NCBI GenBank assembly: GCA_964016885.1 | Contig: OZ024747.1 | Location: 17,174,001 to 17,238,000 of the forward strand | Origin: Eledone cirrhosa | Taxonomy: Eukaryota | Direction of reading: 5' to 3' | Length of the DNA stretch: 64,000 nt | Part shown: piece after piece, positions 13,860 to 28,049 of the stretch | How positions within the stretch are numbered: the first letter of the stretch is position 1 | How the letters are laid out: each line of letters begins with the position of its first letter | Program-made: the position numbers and the translations under genes | The notes under the pieces: model-generated | What the model was told of the DNA's origin: nothing | Databases searched by the model: none | Seen by the model: only the letters and a program-made list of their open reading frames with translations

Positions 13860-14421
13860 TCGATATATATACATATATTAGTACGATTACACGATATAGG
13901 ATGAAAACAACAAGAACAAATGAAATACAGACGACATCACAACAGCAGAGAAATATTACTAATGGTGAATGAAAGAATAGAAACATAATATAGTGAGAGC
14001 AGATATAGACAAACGAGAGGAGAAATAAATGACAGACAAACAGATACTCACAGACAGACATAGACGATAGGAGAGGATATAAAAGAAAAAAAACGACGAG
14101 GCCCGGCTCAGTCAATGGATTTAAATTCACGTCTGTGAATCTTGAATTCTATTCATGTCCTCTCTGTGAAGAATCGCTACCAGACTATAAAGACGCTGTC
14201 CAGACAGTGTAATACTATTTATTATTTTCCTTTGTGTGTCAGTGTATGTGCATGTGTATGTATATGTGTTGGTCTGTTTGGGTGTGTGTATGTGTGTGTG
14301 TCTGTGTGTGGGTATGTGTGTATGCATGCGTTTCAGCCCAATATAATAACATAATTTAACAGCCCCATGTCTGGACGAATACATTTATACTATTTAAATT
14401 GTATTCAATCTTTTGACTCAC

Positions 14422-14466
<45 letters not shown>

Positions 14467-14508
14467 AACTCACACATTTACACATATATACATACATACA
14501 TATATATA

Positions 14509-14735
14509 TAGGAAAGGCGTCAGGACCCTGACGGATGAGCTCCGACCGTTTCGCCAGCTAGATCCGAACTAAACCAGTAGTATCTAGTGGTTTAGATACT
14601 ACTGGTTTAGTTCGGATGTGGCCGGAGCTCAGCAGTCGGGGCCCTGACTCATTTCCTATTACCCACACTACTAACCTAAATATCGAGTACTCAGGTGCGT
14701 TATGGTTCACCTGGTTCCTTACCACACTTTCTTTG

Positions 14736-14737
<2 letters not shown>
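14509..14737 (+). mobile_element. Family-B element: inverted arm plus 78-nt tail, inside (TA)n
   Basis: TAGGAAA.../...TTTCCTA inverted ends; inner hairpin ATCCGAACTAAACCAGTAGTATCTA / TAGATACTACTGGTTTAGTTCGGAT; GAAACGGTC on the minus strand. Confidence 0.78.
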
Positions 14738-14787
<50 letters not shown>

Positions 14788-14914
14788 ATCCCGGGTTTAA
14801 TCGGGGGTAACCACAGTAAGTAAGGTACTCAATACAATGCAGAGTATAAATATTTAATATAATCTAGTCCTGTAGAAGCCTTTTCTATATTAAATATATA
14901 TATATATATATATA

Positions 14915-14963
<49 letters not shown>

Positions 14964-14975
14964 AAGAGAGAGAGA

Positions 14976-15046
<71 letters not shown>

Positions 15047-15089
15047 AAAATGAAAACCAAAACAAAATTCAGAGATAGTTAATTAATAA

Positions 15090-15233
15090 GTTCACTGTTC
15101 TACGAACGTTTCAGGGGGGTTAATTGATCATGGAAGATCGATATACCGACTAGTATGGTTGTGGTTACATCGCTACCTGTTTCTAGTCCCAGAATTCCTG
15201 ATCGATTGACTGTGGTCTTCAGAAACAGTAAAC
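15090..15233 (-). ncRNA. Type I hammerhead motif with helix II region of about 100 nt
   Basis: Minus strand: GUUUACUGUUU CUGAAGA ... GAAACG UU CGUA/ GAACAGUGAAC; 11-bp helix I; base of helix II degenerate. Confidence 0.6.
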
Positions 15234-15269
15234 TATGATTTTAACCAACCCCATGCAAATTGATTAATA

Positions 15270-15555
15270 AACCCTTTGAGGTCGAGAAAATAAAGCACCA
15301 GTAATGCACTGAGGTAAGTGCTGGCCTTGTGCCAAAAACAGAAACAATTATTAATAAATAGAGGCGACCAATTGACAGAATCGTTACAATGTCGTATAGA
15401 ATGCTTTGTGGTGTTTGTTTAGGCTCTCTGAACTCTCTGAGTTCAAATACCGCCGAGGGTAACTTTGCCTTTCATCCTTACGGGGTCGATGAAATAAAGT
15501 ACCAGTAATGCTCTGGGTAATTTGCTGGCCTTGTGCCAAGAGTAGAAACAATTAT
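15270..15555 (+). mobile_element. Two SINE family 1 copies (one partial, one diverged)
   Basis: Two GCTGGCCTTGTGCC...GAAACAATTATT tails. Confidence 0.8.
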
Positions 15556-15832
15556 TTCGAGGTTAATATAAAGTACTAGTTTAGTATTGGGATCGATTCT
15601 TCCTCTATATATTTTTCTCATAGCCTCTCTAACCTTCTCAGAAAGAAACCTGTTGTATTCAGACCTGGAGAGGAGATGGGCTCCGCCAGGTTTCAAAGTT
15701 CATTAGAAACGCCGTATGTTAATACGGCGTCCCTACAACTCCCTCGGCAGTTACGAGACCGTGCATGCAATATATATAGAGATATGTCTATGTTTAATCT
15801 AAGCATCAACACGAGTAATTCACATTGAATAC

Positions 15833-15968
15833 ATAATTGTTTCTACTTTTGGCACAAGGCCAGCAATACCCAATGCATTATTGGTACTTTGTTTTATCGA
15901 CCAAGGCAAAGTTAACCTCGGCGGGATTTGAACTCAGAATGGCAATACCGATACTGCCAATCCAACGC
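15833..15968 (-). mobile_element. SINE family 1, internally deleted
   Basis: Reverse complement of the family consensus. Confidence 0.82.
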
Positions 15969-16136
15969 CCTTGTCAATTAATCTTGTGTCTTCAAAGTCT
16001 TGATAAAATATACAAGTAAGAATAAGCAATTTCGAGAAAGGCAAAACATCAAAACTTCATGATAGCATAGCCGAACATAAAACGTATAGAGCTAGACGTT
16101 TATAACGAGATGGTAAGTTTAAATGAAGTAGCGTCA

Positions 16137-17135
16137 TTATATTAACTGTGATGGAGAGGGGGAGAAGGGGATAGAAAGAGAGAAATGAAGAGAGAGAGAA
16201 GAGGGGGGAAGAGAGAGCTAGAAAGATAGATAGAGAGAATGAGAAAGAGTGAGTGTGTGTGCGGAAGAGAAAAATGGACACAGCGAAAGAATCGCTCTTA
16301 GTACTGGACTTGGAATCTATTTAATAACAGACTATACAGAGTTGTATATGATAAATTAGAAAGAAAATCTGGTAGAGAATATTATGTAGCATAAAGAATA
16401 TTATATAACAAGTAATGAATTAGAAATTATGTAACGGTTGTGCCTATATAAGGAACCATTATTATATTATATCGGTGGATTGGCAGTATCGGTAGAGGGT
16501 CAGGCACCATGCTTTGCAGCATAGAGTTACGCCGCTTTACGGTCTGATTTCAAATCCCGCCGAGGTTCACTTTGCTTTTCATCCTTATGGGGTCGATAAA
16601 ATAAAATACCAGTAACGAACTGGGGTGGATTTAATAGACCCCCCCCCCCCCTCTAAAAAATGACTGGCTTTGTGCCGATATTAGAAACCATTATATTAAC
16701 TGCAATGGAGAGAGGGAGAAAATGATAGAAAGATAGAAATGGAGAGAAAGAGAGATGGGGGAGAGGTGAAGTGAGGACAACAGCAAATAGAGAGTTATAT
16801 ATGCTAAATTAGAAAAAAAATCTGGTAAAGAATATATTAGATAGTTATACTATACTAAACAAGTAATGAATTAGAAATTATCTAACGGTTGAGCCTAAAT
16901 CAGAAACCATTAAATAAATAAATAAATAAATAAAAAGTAAATAAATAATAAATACAGAATCGATGGAGCGTCGGACGCCATGCTTTGTAGCATAGAGTTA
17001 CGGCCCTTTACGATCTGAGTTCAAATCCTGCCTAGGTTAACTTTGTCTTTCATCCTTACGGGGTCGATAATATAAAGTACCAGTAATGCACTTGGGAAAT
17101 TGCTGGCCTTGTGCCACAAGTAGAAACAATTATAT
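16137..17135. repeat. Old tandem duplication of about 500 bp, each unit ending in a SINE family 1 copy (16474-16695 and 16955-17135)
   Basis: ATTATATTAACTG...AAATTAGAAA.AAAATCTGGTA...AACAAGTAATGAATTAGAAATTAT.TAACGGTTG present twice. Confidence 0.78.
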
Positions 17136-17139
17136 TATT

Positions 17140-17335
17140 GTGTGGATTGGCAGTATCGGTGGCGGGTCGGACTCCATGCTTTGCAGTATGGAGTTACGGC
17201 CCTTTGCGTTTTGGGTTCAAATCCCGCCGAGGTTAACTTTGCCTTTCATTCTTACGGGGTCGATAAAATAAAATACCAGAAATGCGCTGAGATAATTGCT
17301 TTCCTTCTGACAAAGGTAGGAACAATTATTATATT
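17140..17335 (+). mobile_element. SINE family 1, head-to-tail with the preceding copy
   Basis: Consensus match. Confidence 0.85.
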
Positions 17336-18046
17336 ATTGTGTGTAAAGTGCATCTATGAGTTGAGAATGTAACTGAAATTTAAGAGCCGATAGTAGTAAA
17401 CATATCGTCGTTTATATTCAGTCGTTCCATATATGAATCATTTATACTGCTAACGATAAATGATTTTTATAGAGGAATTACTGTTTGACTAAATATGTTA
17501 TGGTTGAATGACCTTGTATTTATGAGAGAAATTAAATGTATTTGAGTTATTAATCTTTAGAATAAAATTAAGAAATCAAATATTAATAGGTGTTTTATAT
17601 ATATATATATATATATATAAAATACATATGATTATATATATATATATATAACACTTTATTAAAGAACAAGTTATGAATGAAATTGCAATTATCTATCTAT
17701 AATAAGAATTGAAATGACTGTTGAAATTGAAAATGAAAAAATATAGCTATTATAGTTATATTAAATAATTGCTATGGACAATTAGCTAATTCGTATGTGA
17801 ATCAAAGATTTCAATATATTATTATATTAAATGATTAAACCTAAGAAATTCGTAATTCATAAAATATAACTTTTAAATTTGAAAAGTAAAAGGAAGATTA
17901 TATTCTAAGAATATAGTCATAAAAATTGGCGAAAGAAGACTAGTGGGTTTTTTTTTAGGGATGAGAGGGGGGGGAGGGTTAAATCACTTTATATCATTGA
18001 AGTTCAGAACAGATTACCACATGAACAAATATCAATATGCATAATT

Positions 18047-18324
<278 letters not shown>

Positions 18325-19334
18325 ATCTGTCTGTGTTTGTGTCTGTGTGCGTGTTGAACAGATTACTCTATGCGAAGTACAGAGCTAAAATATTATATTT
18401 AATATAATATCTTCAACAAATATATATATATTTCCCTCTTTTCCTCTCTGAAGATACATAAGGTATGATAATTATGATACAATCTTGACTATATGCCGAC
18501 ATTTTTGGCGATGTTTGCTTATTCAAACACTTGAATTTTCCACCTTCTGCGAACATTTGAACTTGCTGTCAAGAATATGAATGTACAGGTTTGCCAACAA
18601 TCACATATACATTATTGTATATGTAAATATTTCGCTCTCTCACAGAAGTTAAGTCATTCCTAAGCCATATATATAGAACGTATGCATGTAAGAATAAATG
18701 GTTTAGGCTTGCCGTATCGTGATAACTTTATGGTTACTGACATTGCTGCAGGTAGCAATAACTATAACTAGAAAACTCTAGTCGTGATAATCGACAGTTT
18801 CTGCAGCATATGTTAATACCTAAATAAGTATATATGCATATTGTATATAACCTACAACCATAGAAATAAGCAGGAAGTTTCTCTAATCAGTTGCTGACTG
18901 GATATCATCATGGTTTTCGAGGTCTTCTGATGTTATCACTGCTTCCAGCGATACCTAGTTAAAAGAACCTAAAGGGGTATGTCTATAAGTTATTAGCATG
19001 TGTACTATAGTAAACCAATTTTTTTTTCACTGCTAGCACAATATGCAAGACCCTTCCCACATGCGATTTGAACGACAAATTCAAATAATCGCTGACTGTT
19101 CACATTATATATTGCCCTTATAGGTGCTATATAGAACAACGATTACCATATATATATACTAAATTGATAACCATGATACAGTATGAGGTTTTACTACCGG
19201 TAGTGGATAATATAGCGTTTCAGCAGATACCATTGCCACTTGCAAAAGTAAAAACACAGAAAATGATGCTCTTGTTATTTAGAGTTTCAATATTCAGTTG
19301 ACCCTCAAGCTGACATGTTAAAACGAAATTATAT

Positions 19335-21302
<1,968 letters not shown>

Positions 21303-21360
21303 GAAAATGTTCCATTAGAGTCAACAAAACTGAGCATAAATTAAAGATAGTGTCTATAAT

Positions 21361-21723
21361 TGTTTCTAACTTAGGCACAAGGCCAGCAATTGGGGGGGGG
21401 GGGGGGGGGGTCGATTAAATCGACCCTAGTTTATTACTGGTGGGTTATTTCATCGACCCCGTAACTCTATGCTGCAAATTAGGATGTCCAGCTATCTACC
21501 GGTACTGCCAATCCACCGCCCTGATAGTGTCTATAATTGTTTCTACTTTTGGCACAAGGCCAGCAATTACCCAGTACATTACTGGTACTTTATTTTATCG
21601 ACCCCGTAAGGATGAAAGGCCAAGTCAACCTCGGCGGGATTTGAACTCAGATCGTAAAGGGACGTAACTATGCTGGAAAGCATGGCGTCCGACCCTCTAC
21701 CGATACTGCCAATCAACCGCCCT
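21361..21723 (-). mobile_element. Two tandem SINE family 1 copies with a triplicated 15-bp target site
   Basis: GATAGTGTCTATAAT at 21346, 21523 and 21724. Confidence 0.9.
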
Positions 21724-23404
21724 GATAGTGTCTATAATGAAACAAAAAATGCACTAAGGTACAAACTACCACGCATAAGGACTAACATATAACATATTTA
21801 ACAACCTATATGTAACATTATTAGCATCCTCAACATAGTCTCTACGGGGATGTCAGAAAAATAAATTGAGAAATTTTTTTCCTAAATCAACGAGGGATTG
21901 CAAATATATTTTAAAAAATGAACTTTATTAAAATGGCAAACAGAAAATGTTTCAGGCGAATGCTTCCTTCAACACGCGTAAAACATGCAATCTTTATTTA
22001 CATGTAATTGGAAAATCATTCATATTTTTACGGTAGAACGACAAGCAAAACGAATAATATTCTATTTCAATTATTCTACAAATGAGAAAAAAAATTAGTC
22101 TATTTTATATCACGCAAAACTAGCCGTTTGCATCAGAAGCTAAATGCATGGGGGAATAAACATTCTTCGTAGATTATATGAAAAATATAAATATAAATTC
22201 AGTTTTTCAACAAAGACAATCGTAGTTGGGAAGATCTGTTATTGCCATCGAATTTCAACTAAATTTGAAGAAATAAGATAAACTATTAACATAATGCATT
22301 TAGCAACAACAACACAGCATGCCTTTAACGTGAGCCAAAGATGAAGTATTTACTTGATTTCTGGAAGAGCTATCAATAGCAAAATTACGTTATAGTATTG
22401 AAAAGGAAGAGTTAAATTGCAAAATCCAATCCCAGATGTACCATGCAGAAGAGAAAAACAAATGGACATAACTGGAATGTTCAATGTAGATTGGCTTACA
22501 TTTAACCAACATTATCAGCAGCATCAAAATCATTACCTCTTAATTTGTTAATTCAAGTTCCTATAGTATCTTTACTAGTGGACAGATCATTGAGAACATT
22601 TGCAGTAGATAAGAGTAAATCTTTTAATATTTAATGGCATGAAAATATGGGTCGGCTTTGTATTTTTTAAAGAATGTAATTCTCCGTAATGAATTTTCAT
22701 GTGATACAGGATCTTAAGAATTAAGATTAATATAAATCAACGGTTGTTCTAACCTGCATATTTCATTATATGCATTAATATATTTAGGAAAGGAAGAAAC
22801 AAGTATTAAACCCCGAATGGAGGCTTATGGTGCTGTCTAAATAGCGGGCTTTTCCTGGGCAAGTTAAACCTCGCGGAGATGTCTTCCAGAGAAAGAGATT
22901 GGGAGCAAGAGGATGTGTTACGGTGGAAAAATCGACCCCAGTACAGGACTGGTAATTTACTTATATACGTACACATGCATGCACATAAGAAACATGAGCA
23001 TATGAGCACATACACAGACATATCTTTTGCGTAATTTAAGGTGGTAATAAAGAAGCAAAGCACATTCAATACATGATATAGCATTTATGTGATTTATCGA
23101 TGTTTTCAAAGCCAGATCTTCACTTTTTCATAATAGCCATTTGGCGAGAAAGTGATTTACAACAATGTGAAATTTAGGTTTTGAAAATAGTAATAAATTT
23201 CTCACTGACACACACCGAGACATACACCGAGGCTTGCATATCAACACACACACACTAGTATTTATATACAAGCACATGTGTATGTACCTGTTAACTACGT
23301 ACACACTTATATGTATATATAAAATTCTGTGTGCACAAAAATGCTTATACAAACACACACACACACATACACACACAAACAAACACACACATATTGTAGG
23401 AAGG

Positions 23405-23580
23405 ATATCATTGAGATCTGTTAGTTTCAACGATGAATGTTCCAGCTTATCGATCAATAAAACCGACTGCTCATAGATTTAACGTGCAACTGACTGAATA
23501 TTCCACAGATATGTGTACCCTTAACGTCATTCTTGGGTTGACTCAGCATGAGAACCTTGGTTTTTTCAAATACAATTACA
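23405..23580 (-). mobile_element. SINE family 3 fragment
   Basis: Reverse-complement similarity to 13400-13500. Confidence 0.5.
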
Positions 23581-24390
23581 TTCCATACAACAGACTTCCA
23601 GTGTCGAACAACGAAATTTCACAAGACGTGTCCAGATTGTATGGTAAATGAACCTAGCCTAAAATAAAACACACAATCTCATACGTTATAATTGAGAAGC
23701 AAACTTCGTAGGTACTCGGACATAGTACGACTACTGTGTATTCAACTGTGAAATTCAGAAATCGCTCAATGCTCCCTAAATATACAATTGGTATTTATAT
23801 ACAATGGCTGAGAGATAAGATTAAAACTGACGCGAAATTGATCAGCTCCGCTTTATGTAATTGATAGCGCAACTATCCTATATGTGACATCGAATCCTAT
23901 GATGCTACCCACATTCTCTATCTCTAGGGTCAGCTTGTTCGAGTAATTTTCATATTCCCAACACTACGTTGGATCAGTTGAATATAAGTTAACAAATATT
24001 CGAAATTCAAAATTAGCTTAAATTTCCTTTAAAATAACTGTTTATTTACATCCACTGTATGTCGATAAACCTGTATATGCTTTGGATGCTTAGCACACAA
24101 TGAATTATATATAACATAAACAAAAACAAAAGTAACAATAATAACAACATACGCACACACACACATACAACACACATCCCAACAACAACAGAGACACAGA
24201 CACAAACAACGATAACAACAACACCCACATCAACAATAATACCATAAACAGAAACAGCAACAACAGACACACAGTCACAAACAACAATAACAACACACAC
24301 AACAATAATAAAATACACGGAGGCAACAACAGCAACACACATCAACAACAGCACACATCAACAACACCAACAACACCACACACACATTCT

Positions 24391-27028
24391 ATGCCTCTCA
24401 CCACCACCACAATTTTAACAAACAGACAGACACAGAAAACAGGTAATGACAGTAACACAGAAGTAAGGGTAGGTAATGAAATTGAAAGGAGAAGGGAGAC
24501 TATCTATACTGACAGAGAAAATAACCAGGACGAACACACAGACACACAAAATAGAGTAGATAATAACAATGAGCCAGAGGAAAGAGACAGGAGTAATAAT
24601 GAGAGACATAGAAACAACCATGAGGCTGTTGGTGGAAATAGAAATAGAAACAACACAACTAACAATAACAATAGCAATAGTACACATAAAGCAGCAGCCT
24701 GGAACTCTACTTTTTATAATCATTCCGATAAGTCCTTCGAACTACGACGAGTCCACGCCACGACTTTAGCTTTTAACAAACTTACGCAATTGCCGTCGCA
24801 GGTCGATGAACAAACAGAAGCACAATTTAGTATAACTAGATCTAAACTTAGAAATATTATAGAAAGTATAGCAAGAAGCAAAATAGAATGGAGGCCCAGC
24901 AACTGGGAGAAAAATCTGCAAATGTCTTGCGTAAGCTCATGCAGCGCTCGCGTGATGGAGAGATTGCGCATGCTTTCCAACAGACAAGTCTGGCAGAATG
25001 TCGGTTGACAGTCTGTCAAACTACATTCAGGCAATGCAACCCCACATCACTAACACAAGAGAAGTAACACCACATAATGCAGCCCAACAAAAGGACTGCC
25101 AACAACTTCCAGGACTGGAACAATGACGTGCCAGCGTTGTATGGGCTTCGAAAAGACCATAAAACGAGCAGTGACCTTGTCACAGGACCACCTACAAGGC
25201 CAGTCTGTGGAGCTAACATTGCTAGTAACTACAGACTTTCCTACTTCCTCTCCCTGATCATACGCCCCATCATTGAAATGTCCCCAGATATATGTGACAG
25301 CACGGAGGACCTCCTCAGCAGAATCGGCGTGAGTAACCGATCTAGGGACCTAACAAACTGTATAATAGGAAGTATGGATGTTGTGTCCCTATATAGATCC
25401 ATTGACGTAGATTTTGCTGTGGAGAAATGCGTAGAAATGATCAGTGAGAGCAATGTTGAATTCCGTGGGATTGATACCAGTGAGCTGGGACTCCTACTTA
25501 AACTTACCTATAGTAATGATTATCTAGATACATATGACCTTAGCAACCTGTGCCCTACAAGACCAGCAAGATGCAGACCACCTACCATTACCTCAATGGC
25601 CAAGAAAACCCACACAGATAGATGGAACGGGTGGACCAGAGCCATACGGACCCCCGAAAACCACGATGAACTAAAGAAAATGATTGCACATACCGTGGGG
25701 GCCAGTATAAAATTAACCCTTAAGGAACATATGTTCAAATTAAATGGAAAAACATATGCCCAGGAGGAGGGAGCAGCCATTGGTGTGGTGTTAGCATTGC
25801 AGGTGACATAGCTAACCTATTCATGGTATGGTGGGACAATAGACTTAAACTTAAAGAAAAATTAGAAGAGAACAACCTCTTAACCCTGATAATGTACTCC
25901 CGCTACATTGATGATATAAATATCATAGTAAAAACACCCCCACTAGAGAACAGTCAGGAATTAGAGAAAAACACCATGGAAAGCATCCAGCAAATAGCTA
26001 ACTCCATCCACCAGAGTATTAGAGTTACTATAGACTACCCAAGCAAACACCCCAACCATCGATTACATGTACTAGACACAGAGCTCTGCTTAGAAATCAT
26101 TAATAACAAAAAAACAAATCCTCCATTCCCATTATGCCAAACCCATGACTTCCAAATATCTGATCCACCGAAACTCAGCTGTTTCGGACCACACCAAAAT
26201 CAACATACTGATTTCAGATTTGGTACAGGTGATGAGAAACGTGTCTCGCATGTGCAACCCAAAAGAACTAGAGAGACACATACAACACTTCATCCACCGT
26301 ATGCAGTTCTCTGGTTACAATCAGAGAGATAAAATCAGAGTATATAGAGGAGCCAGAACCAAATGGGAAAAAATGGTAAATAAGGATACAAATGGGACCT
26401 GCCCCTTGTATAGGAGCAAATTTTCGAATAGAATAGAAAGAACTAGGAATAAGGTTAATAGAAGAAACTCATGGTATGATAGCAATAAATACCAGAGTGT
26501 AATGTTCATCAATACAACCCCGAGATGTGAATTAGCTTACACATTTAGAAGGGCCCTAGATAAACATGAACTCAATATTAAGATAGTTGAAAGACCAGGT
26601 ACCTCCATAAAAACACTTATTAGCAATACATACCCTTTTCAAAGACCTCCCTGTATATATAAGAAATGTATAATCTGTAAGCTAAGTCCCATATTAACTG
26701 TAAAACTAGAAATGTAGTATATAGCATAATATCTACTGAAGGATAATGTAGAGATAAGAATATAGTGTACATAGGTGAGACAGCTCGTAGGATAGGAGAA
26801 CGGATAAATGATCACTGGCGAGACCTTCAAGACAGTAAGGAATAATCTGTACTCCACCAACATGCTAAAATAGAACATAAGGGTAAATTAGAGAACATAG
26901 AAATAAAAATAGAATCTACACACAGAAAAGACGCAATGTTTAGACAAATCACAGAGGCAATAAACATAAATGAACTCCAACCAAAAGTAAATAGAAAACA
27001 TGAATGGAATAGCAACATCCCAACTTAA
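24391..27028 (+). pseudogene. PLE RT-GIY-YIG polyprotein with several frameshifts and a stop
   Basis: PTDKSG (24977), LYGLRKDHK, PTRPVCG, SMDVVSLY, QEEGAAIG, YSRYIDDI, LHVLD, MQFSGY, CIYKKCIIC...C linker, NVVYSII...VYIGETAR...RINDH...HQH...RQITEA...NRKHEW. Confidence 0.93.
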
Positions 27029-27228
27029 GGACAAAATGAAAACACACACACACATAGAACAAACAACCAACCCGTAACATCTAAATAAACAAATAAATAA
27101 ACAAATATAAACACACACACAGACAACCGGATGTTACACATGTGCAAACTAAGCACACAACACACACAAAAACAAGATGGCATAGGACAGAACAAAGGAG
27201 AGGCACAAAACAAAGAAAAAAATCCCCA

Positions 27229-27271
27229 GTCACTGAAGAGGTAACAGAATGTGTGACGAAAGAACTTTGAC
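27229..27271 (+). ncRNA. Minimal type I hammerhead ribozyme in the PLE 3' pLTR
   Basis: GTCA CTGAAGA G GTAACAG-AAT-GTGTGAC GAAAG AA CTT TGAC; helix II has two mismatches relative to the 11589 copy. Confidence 0.65.
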
Positions 27272-27479
27272 AATATATGAACAATCGTCTGGTTGTGGAA
27301 CCAAGCAATCAACCGGAAATTTATAAATTCTTAAATTTATAAATTTAATTTATAATAAATTGAAGTGAAAGCAACTGGTGCGTGTGTTTCTTATTGGCAA
27401 CATGACCCTCCCAAACCATAACAATATCGGTTTCAACACACCTTTTCAGATAAAGTATCTTGCTAAACAAATTCAGAAA

Positions 27480-27544
<65 letters not shown>

Positions 27545-27571
27545 ATAAGAAAATGCGAAGTAGTTTCAATC

Positions 27572-27612
<41 letters not shown>

Positions 27613-27676
27613 TAAAAAAATAATGAATAAAACAATGAAACAGTTCCTTATATTAAACAAAAAAAGTTCATTATTT

Positions 27677-27815
27677 AACGATCGTTTCTAGGATATATAT
27701 GTGTTAGAATTGGCATGCATATTCAACAGATCTATGTACAAAATTATACAAAATTATACAAACTATCAAAATTAAATATACATACCAACACATATATATG
27801 CCGTCTTCAGAGATT
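27677..27815 (-). ncRNA. Hammerhead-like motif with helix II of about 115 nt, probably another PLE terminus
   Basis: Minus strand: CUGAAGA C GGCAUAUAUAUGU...ACAUAUAUAUCCU A GAAAC GAUC GUU; helix I not evident. Confidence 0.45.
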
Positions 27816-28009
27816 TGGATACAGACAGACGAATGCGAGAAAGTTCTCCAACCCAAGTTAACCAGGAATCTCTAAAATTCTTCCCACCGAAGTTAACAAA
27901 TAACTTACTGGATCTACCATCTCATAATATTATAATATTATATTATAACATTAAATCATAAAAAAATTGTTTAACACTACAAGTGAAGTCATACTTTTCC
28001 TTTTTTTTT

Positions 28010-28049
<40 letters not shown>

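Larger units (their letters stand above)
24100..27480 (+). mobile_element. Penelope-like retroelement (EN+, Neptune/Nematis-type), inactivated; 5' boundary approximate
   Basis: RT, Cys linker, C-terminal GIY-YIG and a 3' pLTR containing an HHR, ending at (TA)n. Confidence 0.93.
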
